From NCBI GenBank assembly GCA_965198225.1, contig CBDAOY010000009.1:256001-320000 (forward strand): a DNA stretch of 64,000 nucleotides, given 5' to 3'. The notes under the pieces were generated by a model, which had not been told where the DNA came from, searched no databases, and saw nothing but the letters and a program-made list of their open reading frames with translations. The translations under genes were made by a program, and so were the position numbers. This DNA comes from Terriglobia bacterium (GTDB lineage Bacteria > Acidobacteriota > Terriglobia > 20CM-2-55-15). Below, piece by piece: positions 45,304-52,869 of this stretch; positions within the stretch are counted from its first letter, which is position 1, and each line of letters opens with the position of its first letter.

Positions 45304-45410
45304 GGAGATGGGAGTCCATCGGTGCTGGAGTGGTCGAAGACGGCGTCGAGGCTGCCTGCTAAGCAGTTGCACGGGTAACTGTGCCGGGGGTTCGAATCCC
45401 CCCCTCTCCG
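45304..45410 (+). pseudogene. Second, disrupted copy of tRNA-Ser(GCT)
   Basis: 45350-45421 identical to 45100-45171; 12-nt insertion (45309-45320) in acceptor stem and 12 nt replacing CAGG in the D-arm. Confidence 0.8.
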
Positions 45411-45857
45411 CTTTCCATATTAGTGTTAACACTAGTTGATAATTCGGGCTGATATTGTCTGTGCGGCTCTATATCCCACATTTAATGCCCTTTACTGCTG
45501 CGCTGGATGGGGCGTTGCCGACGGTATCAAATGTTATCTTTCAGCTTCAACACGCGTGAAGGCCGCACGAAGCTAGTACCGAATCCCTCTTCGGCAAAGC
45601 CAATTGTGAGGTTCCTAGTTTCCAGCCGTCTGGCCCAGAACGAGCTTGACACGACTTTCCAGCTCCGCGTTCCACGTCATGATGAACCATCATGCTGCTT
45701 GTTTCTCTGGCGAAGTGTGGGCGGTTTCTTGGATCAAAAGGCTATGGTACTATCGCCCAAAGTATCAGACACACCGGCAGGACGCCCCTAATATTACCAG
45801 TCGCAAAGGGCACTTTTGCGGGTGCCCGGGCAGTGCCCGGAGAGGAGAATTCACACC

Positions 45858-46322
45858 ATGGCCTTTGAGATCGACTTCAACAATGAATCATCAATCGAAT
45901 GGACGAAGGCGTACTCCACACACAAATCGAAATCGGACCCGAAGTCCCTACCGACCACCACATTGGGGGCGAACGGCGGTTCCACGACGTACGCCATCAA
46001 CCGGACTGCTACGACTTTCCTCAAGAGCGAAGAGATGCTAATGGAGTGTATCTGGATAGACCCCAAATCAGGGGCGAGGTTCGGTGTTAAGGCGACGTTT
46101 CCGGGACATACAGGCGATATCGGCGCGGAGCCGTACTGGGATGTCATGTCCGACGTGGTGTCCCCGGACGATCCTGCTCACCCCGCGGACTGGAAATCTA
46201 ACGGATCCGATCCAGCGTCGCCGTACCAATGGGACGATGTCGCGGGATGCCCGATTTTGGCCACGGCCACCGCTGGTCACACTTCGCTTACTGTCAGCGT
46301 CGTGATCCAATACAACTCGTGA
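45858..46322 (+). CDS. Cargo hypothetical protein (154 aa, beta-rich, possibly aegerolysin/actinoporin-like fold)
   Basis: SD AGAGGAG before ATG 45858; alternating hydrophobic strands, Trp/Tyr/Thr-rich; fold is inference. Confidence 0.75.
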   Translation: MAFEIDFNNESSIEWTKAYSTHKSKSDPKSLPTTTLGANGGSTTYAINRTATTFLKSEEMLMECIWIDPKSGARFGVKATFPGHTGDIGAEPYWDVMSDVVSPDDPAHPADWKSNGSDPASPYQWDDVAGCPILATATAGHTSLTVSVVIQYNS

Positions 46323-46377
46323 AGGTCGGATCTTCCCATCGGCAAAGGGCGGATACCAAGACAAGGAGAAGAAAAAG

Positions 46378-46722
46378 ATGCCTATGCTTATGATCAGATC
46401 CGCGGGCGAGGGAGTATATCAAGCTCTCCTCTCGAATACCGGCCGTCCGCCCGTGACGCTGCCGGGCGGAGGCGACGCACCGCAGGCCCTCGCCAACGCA
46501 ATGCGGGCCGGATGGTCGACCACCGTCGATTACTGGACGGAAGGTGCCGCTGCAGGTGCCTCTGAGGGTGACGCCTTCGCCACAGCAGCTGCGGAGGTGG
46601 AGCCGTTTTTCACGGCGGATGCTCTGTTCTATGGGGATGCGACCGTGTTCGAAGCCGCGGATTCCGAAGTGCTCTTGGACGCGCTTGCAGATGCTGGCGA
46701 GGCGCTTCTCACCGCATTGTAA
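46378..46722 (+). CDS. Cargo hypothetical protein (114 aa, very acidic, Ala-rich)
   Basis: SD AAGGAG upstream; co-oriented 55 bp after previous gene. Confidence 0.7.
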   Translation: MPMLMIRSAGEGVYQALLSNTGRPPVTLPGGGDAPQALANAMRAGWSTTVDYWTEGAAAGASEGDAFATAAAEVEPFFTADALFYGDATVFEAADSEVLLDALADAGEALLTAL

Positions 46723-46829
46723 CTGGCTAGCGCAGGATTCTCAGAGCGCAAAGGTGGACTGATTGGGGTGGGGGCCAGCGCGCGGTAGACAGGTCGGGCT
46801 CAGTTGTTACGCGCGTAACGAGAAAAGTT

Positions 46830-46864
46830 TCCCGCCGGCCTTCACACACTGGCGGGATTTTTTT
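46830..46864 (+). terminator. Rho-independent terminator after cargo operon
   Basis: TCCCGCCGG-loop-CTGGCGGGA followed by T7. Confidence 0.75.
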
Positions 46865-47106
46865 GTCACTGCCTCGCTTCAACTTGGCCGAAATCGGCCC
46901 CCACTTTGAATGGTTTTGCTCCGGGATCACGTCCTTATTAGGTGAAGCAGCAATTACTTGCTGTGGTTCCATCCACCACGAAGGCCCGCGTAGACTTGGC
47001 GTTCTCCCGTCTGGGCGGGCCGTGGAGTTCCCCGGTTAGTCATCACCCACTCGAAGCTCTTTCTCGGCTTCCATCATTCGCGCGACTTCCTTCTGTGGTT
47101 CTGTAA

Positions 47107-47328
47107 TCACCTTTTTTGGCCCAAGGCTAGGGCTGTGGGTTCACGGTAACGGTGGCCCTGGCGGTTGTGACCCCACCGGGCCCGGTGGCAGTCGCCGTAT
47201 ACGTCACCGTCTGCTGTTCGTTCGCAGACGGTACGGTTACCAACAGTGAGCCGGCGAGGCCCACGGGTCGATCTCCCGAGTTTTCCCAACCTTCGATGGG
47301 TCGGGGCTTCGATAGGTCGGATCGTCAC
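47107..47328 (-). CDS. Small hypothetical protein of island operon
   Basis: GTG start with GGAGG upstream, 7 bp after previous stop. Confidence 0.4.
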   Translation of the reverse strand: MTIRPIEAPTHRRLGKLGRSTRGPRRLTVGNRTVCERTADGDVYGDCHRARWGHNRQGHRYREPTALALGQKR

Positions 47329-47335
47329 GATTCGG

Positions 47336-47521
47336 TTAATTCCCCCTCCATGATCGATCTTCTTCCTCAGCAGCCCGAAACTTGAAGTCCCAGATCATAC
47401 GGCGCTCGCGCTCCGCAAGCTGTACCGCAATGACACACTCCGATTCGCAGTCCGTAATCTTCATGCTGCCGTCTTCCCAGATGGAAATGCTAATCGACTC
47501 GTCGCGGTTGCTGCTTTTCAT
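47336..47521 (-). CDS. Small hypothetical protein of island operon
   Basis: ATGA overlap with upstream ORF. Confidence 0.5.
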   Translation of the reverse strand: MKSSNRDESISISIWEDGSMKITDCESECVIAVQLAERERRMIWDFKFRAAEEEDRSWRGN

Positions 47522-47727
47522 CGAAACAGAAATCCCGTTGATGCTACACAGGTGGGTCCGGACGCTTTTGGTCCGGACCCGTGGCTGTGGTTGTTCCCAG
47601 AGTTGTGAACCCAGGGAAACTTGGCGATTCCACCGAACTCGCGCATCTCGCTCTCGTCAAGCCGCTTAGCTATACACAAGTGGGTATAGGTGTGGGTATA
47701 GGTACTGGTAGTGGTATAGGTCGTCAT
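47518..47727 (-). CDS. Small hypothetical protein with Thr/Tyr repeat N-terminus
   Basis: ATGA overlap with upstream ORF; MTTYTTTSTYTHTYTH encoded by GGTATAGGT repeats. Confidence 0.45.
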   Translation of the reverse strand: MTTYTTTSTYTHTYTHLCIAKRLDESEMREFGGIAKFPWVHNSGNNHSHGSGPKASGPTCVASTGFLFR

Positions 47728-48164
47728 CCCGTCAGCTTCTCCAGTAGAACCGCGACCACAGAATACGAAGCTGGCGCGGTTCCCGACTGCCGGAGACGGC
47801 ACCGAAAGGCTTTGCGAAGAAACATGGATTTGGTGATCTTTTCTCCACGCCGAAGCTTTCGGCCGAGCGACACGGACGCCGCTTTGAAAACGTTCGCGCT
47901 GGCTGGTATGTACGGCCAGTCCCGTTTGATGCGCAGAAACATTTGAACGATCTGTCCAGCGTGCTCTTCAGGCGCATAAACTTGGAACGACAGGACCAGC
48001 TTGCGGCGGCACCACGGTCGGTAAAACGTGTCCTCGATGCGTACACACACGGCCTCAACGGTCTCGCAGAGAATCGACGGCGGTACGTCACCGACGGTGC
48101 CGATAACGTCATCCTGCTGTACCTGGCTGGATGTATAAAAGCGGCGCTCAGTGGTCCGGCTCAT
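47724..48164 (-). CDS. Hypothetical protein (146 aa, basic; possible OB-fold nucleic-acid-binding)
   Basis: TAATG overlap with alpA stop; beta-strand pattern; function is inference. Confidence 0.65.
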   Translation of the reverse strand: MSRTTERRFYTSSQVQQDDVIGTVGDVPPSILCETVEAVCVRIEDTFYRPWCRRKLVLSFQVYAPEEHAGQIVQMFLRIKRDWPYIPASANVFKAASVSLGRKLRRGEKITKSMFLRKAFRCRLRQSGTAPASYSVVAVLLEKLTG

Positions 48165-48346
48165 TAGAATAAGGCCCGGATATCCTGCACTCTCCAACCG
48201 ACCGCACGGGGGCCGAGTCGAACGGGCTTCGGGTATCGGCCTTCTTTCACGCCGCTCCACCAAGTGGACTTGGAAACGGGGAACACAGTAAGGACCACCG
48301 GAAGCTTGACGATCCCCTCGGCGGGGAGGTCTCCTGTGCCCTGCAT
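48164..48346 (-). CDS. AlpA-family phage regulator / excisionase-like protein
   Basis: VSKSTWWSGVKEGRYPKPVRLGPRAVGWRVQDI is a typical AlpA winged-helix pattern. Confidence 0.88.
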   Translation of the reverse strand: MQGTGDLPAEGIVKLPVVLTVFPVSKSTWWSGVKEGRYPKPVRLGPRAVGWRVQDIRALF

Positions 48347-48477
48347 TGAAACGTCGCCCCTTCCCCTTTTGGATTCCTTCACAATCAGACAACCTCCTTC
48401 GGCTCACGCCGGATTTCGTCGGACGATTTAAGAATCGCAAGAATGAAGGTGTCGGAGGAAGAGGGGGAAACACGGTG

Positions 48478-49212
48478 TCAGTTTCCCCCAGGGGGGCGTT
48501 TGGTGGAAAGACAGGGAATGTTATCGCTCAGTACGCGCCGCACTTCTTTGATGGCTTCCCGCACCGTGCGGCGATCGTCACAATTCTCACAGGTCTTCGG
48601 ATTGTGGCGATACTGGTGGTACTCCGCTGCAATCGACCGTTTCGAGTCCGAAGGAATCTTGATTGTGTTGCGGTAGAACCACTCGACGTTCCTCCGAAGC
48701 TTTTCCTGGTTGGGGGCCTGATGCTCCTTCTCGCCTTTGGCCATGACCTCGGTGGGTTCCAGCTGATACACGGTCTGAAGTTCAGCGCCAGTTTCGCCAG
48801 CAGCCGCCCGAAAACAGAAGGACTGCAGCAGATCATCACTCAACCAGGGCCAGGATAGCCCCAGGTCACTCTTTACAAAATGCCGTACCTGCTCGAAGGG
48901 GTCGGGGTCGAAGCCGACTATCAGGGTCTTGGTCACGCTCCTTAGCCTGACACCGATTCTGGAGTCGCGATCGAGGTCGCTGAAGAACGAGCGGACGCGG
49001 GGGTCTGTATCAATGAGCTCCATCAGGGCGACGCGACAGATGGCGTGACGCTGCCAGTCGGACCGCTCAACAAGCTGCGGGGCATCCGGCTGAATGACGC
49101 GGACAAGTCCGGTAAAGACAAGTCCAGTAATGGCACGGTCGACCAGCGGATAGCTCAGCACGCACGGGAACGGGTATGAAAAGGGGTTCGATTTCCGAAG
49201 TACTTCTTTCAT
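48478..49212 (-). CDS. Hypothetical protein coupled to integrase (C-terminal HTH-like)
   Basis: ATGA overlap with integrase stop; C-terminal SKRSIAAEY...RRTVREAIKEVRRVL. Confidence 0.65.
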   Translation of the reverse strand: MKEVLRKSNPFSYPFPCVLSYPLVDRAITGLVFTGLVRVIQPDAPQLVERSDWQRHAICRVALMELIDTDPRVRSFFSDLDRDSRIGVRLRSVTKTLIVGFDPDPFEQVRHFVKSDLGLSWPWLSDDLLQSFCFRAAAGETGAELQTVYQLEPTEVMAKGEKEHQAPNQEKLRRNVEWFYRNTIKIPSDSKRSIAAEYHQYRHNPKTCENCDDRRTVREAIKEVRRVLSDNIPCLSTKRPPGGN

Positions 49213-50417
49213 GCCCTGATCTGAACAACCTCGGCCCGCTTGGCCGTCACGAACCCCGCCCACGTATCCATCAATTCCCTCCGGCGGTCGAAGAGAGTAG
49301 TCCTCCGATAGGCTGCTTCGACTTTGTCAGAGAGCACGTGCGCCAACGCCGCTTCACATACTTCCCTGGGAAAGTTCGTCCGCTCTGCCGCCCAATCACG
49401 GAACGACGACCGAAAACCGTGGGGGGTGCAATCAGTCCACTCCATCCTGCGAAGGGTCATATGAAACGCCATGTTGGATAGCGAACGCTCGGGAGATCGG
49501 CCGGGAAACACGAACGGTCCACCGTCTGCTACTGACTTCACTTCTCCGAGGATCTGGATGCACCGTGCCGACAACGGGACCCGATGGTCACGCTTCGCCT
49601 TCATGCGATCTGCGGGAACGGTCCATGTTTTGGACTTGAGGTCGATCTCGGTCCAACGTGCCTTGAGAACTTCGCTGGTCCGGGTTGCCGTCAAGATCAT
49701 CAGCTCGAACGCGAGCTTCACAGGAATTCCGGTGCCAGTCTTGCGCAGAGCATCAATGAACCGCGGGACCTCGGCGTACGGCAAGGCGGCAAAGTGTCCT
49801 CGAGTCGCCGGCTGTTTCGGGAGCACCCGCTTGAGACCATCCACTGGATTGTCCCCGGACCGGAACCCCGAAGCTTTCGCCCAATCGAATACAGCCCGGA
49901 TCCGCTGACGTACCCGCCGAGCGGTTTCGGGCTTCTTGAGCCAAAAAGGTTCCAGCGCCCTCAACACGTCAGGCGTCTCGACGCGGTCGACTCGCTGATT
50001 GCCGAAGACGGTAAATACGTAGGTTTCGAGCGTGTTGATCCACTGAGCGCGGTGTTTCGTGTTTCTGAAGGACGGCGACAGGCTCGCGTGTACTTTCTTG
50101 GCGGCTTCTTCGAACGTCGGCACGACCCGCTGTTCCCTGCGACGCTCGGCTAGCGGATCACCGTTCGATCGGGCAATCTTACGCATCCGCGCAGCCTCTT
50201 CTCGAGCGACTGCCAGAGACACGATCGAGAGCCCACCCAGCCCAATATCACGGCGCTTTCCGCGAACGACGGTACGAAGTACCCATCGCTTGGAACCGGA
50301 ATCCTCGACAATGAGATACAATCCATTGCCGTCAGCGTAGCGACCGGGTTCGGTAACTGTCCGGACACGGATTGCGGAGAGAGCTTTCTCCAGATGCTTT
50401 CCTTTGCATTTTGGCAT
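49209..50417 (-). CDS. P4-like tyrosine integrase with arm-DNA-binding domain
   Basis: GRYADGNGLYL..GSKRWV arm domain; catalytic R (TATRTSE), K (MKAK), HGFR, ALAH, AAY intact. Confidence 0.95.
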   Translation of the reverse strand: MPKCKGKHLEKALSAIRVRTVTEPGRYADGNGLYLIVEDSGSKRWVLRTVVRGKRRDIGLGGLSIVSLAVAREEAARMRKIARSNGDPLAERRREQRVVPTFEEAAKKVHASLSPSFRNTKHRAQWINTLETYVFTVFGNQRVDRVETPDVLRALEPFWLKKPETARRVRQRIRAVFDWAKASGFRSGDNPVDGLKRVLPKQPATRGHFAALPYAEVPRFIDALRKTGTGIPVKLAFELMILTATRTSEVLKARWTEIDLKSKTWTVPADRMKAKRDHRVPLSARCIQILGEVKSVADGGPFVFPGRSPERSLSNMAFHMTLRRMEWTDCTPHGFRSSFRDWAAERTNFPREVCEAALAHVLSDKVEAAYRRTTLFDRRRELMDTWAGFVTAKRAEVVQIRA

Positions 50418-50547
50418 GACAACCCACATTCTGTCCCACATTTTTTGTGGGATGTAGCTACATTCTACTGGACAGTATCGGACAAGACAGGGCCACGGAG
50501 ACCAATAAAAATAGGGGTTTTCGGACTTCTTTGGACGTTGTCGGATT

Positions 50548-50580
50548 CAGGGAAGGCGGAGCCCCCCTCCGCTTTTCCTG
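50548..50580. other. Putative attR with 14-bp hairpin
   Basis: CAGGGAAGGCGGAG-CCCCC-CTCCGCTTTTCCTG; 3' arm contains the tRNA 3'-end sequence. Confidence 0.6.
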
Positions 50581-51104
50581 CCGTCAAACGATATGACGAA
50601 GAGGGTTAGTTGTGGCAATGACTAGCTAGGACGGTAGAAGAGGGTGACCACAGCATAGTTGTGGCAATGACCGGGTTTCTTCTGCCGCGCAGACTCCTAG
50701 CTAGCCCTTCACACCACAATCCCACCCGGAACCTGTCTCTTTCAAAGGAGTGCTCCAGCTTGCAAAGCAGGGCAAGAGAAACCGGGTGACTGACGGAATC
50801 AGCTAGAAACTACTCAAAAATCTATCGAATCGTCTGGCTATCGGGAAGAACGATCGTCTGGCTGCCCGGGACTGACAGGGTGATCGATGGGAAGAACGAA
50901 CAAGCATCGGCCGGGCTTTCGACGCCACCGCCCTCGACAACCGACGAAGCCTGGGCACAACGCCGCGGCAGATGTGCCGGATCCTCCAACGTAGACTTCT
51001 GCGACTTTTAATTTCGGACCTGTGTGTCGGACATGTTATTCAATCAACCGGCTTGAGAAATGTGTCACGACATGTGACCCGACGGCGATTCCCGTGAAGG
51101 AGGC

Positions 51105-51725
51105 ATGATGTCCACGCAGCGCACTGGCAGATTGATGGCGATGGCTTTCACTATAACGATGTTCGCTTTGAGCGGGACTCTGGTCAGCCCGCTCGACGCT
51201 TCGGCAAAAGAGAAATCATCGAAAAAGTCGGAGAAGTCCGGCAAGTCCCGGAAGCATGACGGGGGACCACCCGCGACCACACCGATTACTGCCTTCAACG
51301 TTCAGGCAAGCGATAACGTTCTAGTCGATGAAAGTTTCTTTGATGCGAGCGGAAACCTGATCCGTCTGCAAACATTTCGAGTCTTCGTGAGCGTTTCAGA
51401 CCCAACGACAGGAGATCCAATAACTAGTGTGGCACAGGTGGTGACCAACCAGCCCATGAGCCGGCAGGCATGTGGCTTTCCGACGCCGCCGGGCACCGCG
51501 GACCCGGGTCTCTTCCTGCCGCTTGACCTGGACACTGACTTTCAGAACCTGGGCGATGGCCTCTATTCCGTCGCCTTAAGGCCCAGCCAGGGATGTGTTG
51601 CAAACGGCCAGGTGGTCGCACAAATAGTCTTTCGGGACGGAATCCGACAGGGAAACATCGTGCCTGTTGGAACCGTGATCGGGCCGTTTTGCCTCAACTT
51701 ACAGACCGGTTCGCCTTGTCAGTGA
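51105..51725 (+). CDS. Secreted hypothetical protein with Lys/Ser-rich segment and four Cys
   Basis: SD AGGAGG; signal peptide ending LDASA; KEKSSKKSEKSGKSRK. Confidence 0.75.
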   Translation: MMSTQRTGRLMAMAFTITMFALSGTLVSPLDASAKEKSSKKSEKSGKSRKHDGGPPATTPITAFNVQASDNVLVDESFFDASGNLIRLQTFRVFVSVSDPTTGDPITSVAQVVTNQPMSRQACGFPTPPGTADPGLFLPLDLDTDFQNLGDGLYSVALRPSQGCVANGQVVAQIVFRDGIRQGNIVPVGTVIGPFCLNLQTGSPCQ

Positions 51726-51998
51726 CGAACGAGGATTGTTTCGCAGTCTATCCCCGATCATGACTGCGGTTCCGGTGAGTGAGGGCACACGATCGCGCGC
51801 GCCACAACGTGGCCCGAGATCGCACAAAAATGAGATTACCGTCCCAAGGAACTGAATAAAGACATCGGGAAGGACCGGTCACCTCGCGGCAAGTAGCCAC
51901 CCCAAGCAGCTTTCGGATTAGTCTTCACGGCAGTTCCGCGTTACGATTCGGCAGAGAGGAGGTCCAGATCGGGAATTCCGGTTTGGTAAAACACATAT

Positions 51999-52814
51999 AT
52001 GGAAGTTGCCATCGTAGGACCGGGAACCATGGGCTTGATGATCGGCCAGCGGGCCGTGGCTTGCGGGCTTTCTCCGCCTGAACATATCCGTTTGAGTCGT
52101 GTCCGCCGCGGGCGGCGTGAGGTCGTCGAGGCGGCTTTGCCGGGTTCCCAGATACTCAGCGACAACGCCACGGCTGTGGCAGACGCCGAACTGATCGTGC
52201 TTGCCGTGAAACCGAAGTCGTTTGGCGCCGTTGCCGACGAGATACGGGACCACCTGCGCGAGGATGCGCTCGTGGTGTCGGTAGTAACCGGCGTGAACCT
52301 CGAACGGCTGGAGGACCGGCTTGGCGTGAAGAACGTCGTCAGAACCAGCACGAACATTGGGATCGAAAGCGGCGTCGCGACCACGTACTGGATCACCGGA
52401 CCGGATGTCTCTCCGGCTTTTCGCGAGCGCGCCATCGAGATCGTTCGTTCGTGGGGGGATGAGGTCGAGTGCAGCGACGAAGCGCTGCTCGACATCGCAA
52501 TCGTCGGAGTCGGATGCGGCCCGGCACTGGTCATCGAGTTCATCCAGGCGCTAACCCGGGCCATGGTGACTCAGGGTATGCCGCACGATCTGGCCGAGCG
52601 GGGAATCTTGTCCCTGCTTCGCGGCACGCTCGCTTTGCGGTCGGCCGCGGCAGACCGTGCGCTGTCGCAGTTTCAGCAGGAAGTCATCACCCCGGGAGGC
52701 ATCACGGCCGAGGCCCTGCTTGCGATGGAAGAAGGCAAGTTTCGCGCAACGGTGATCAACGCCTTTCGCAAGGCCCATGACAAGGTATCGCGCCTGGCTC
52801 CGCCCGCCGGCTGA
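51999..52814 (+). CDS. proC: Pyrroline-5-carboxylate reductase
   Basis: IVGPGTMG, LAVKP, GCGPA, VITPGGITAEAL. Confidence 0.85.
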   Translation: MEVAIVGPGTMGLMIGQRAVACGLSPPEHIRLSRVRRGRREVVEAALPGSQILSDNATAVADAELIVLAVKPKSFGAVADEIRDHLREDALVVSVVTGVNLERLEDRLGVKNVVRTSTNIGIESGVATTYWITGPDVSPAFRERAIEIVRSWGDEVECSDEALLDIAIVGVGCGPALVIEFIQALTRAMVTQGMPHDLAERGILSLLRGTLALRSAAADRALSQFQQEVITPGGITAEALLAMEEGKFRATVINAFRKAHDKVSRLAPPAG

Positions 52815-52869
52815 AGCGGGTCGCCCTCAGATCGACCCGACTCGAGCCCGCTGACTTGAAGGGGACACT

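Larger units (their letters stand above)
45411..50575. mobile_element. Small integrative element / phage-satellite-like island at tRNA-Ser 3' end
   Basis: P4-type integrase and AlpA; tRNA 3' end CTCCGCTTT recurs at 50567-50575; CCCACATT at both ends (45475, 50423, 50435); AT-richer ends. Confidence 0.85.

Noticed and set aside
45309-45350. tRNA introns in the second tRNA copy
   Set aside because: Insertions are only about 10 nt, lie in the acceptor and D arms, and show no group I/II structure; bacteria lack the archaeal-type splicing endonuclease
45507-45791. Short ORFs at the left end of the island
   Set aside because: No SD or recognisable motifs, with conflicting overlapping frames; more likely att arm, promoter region or gene debris
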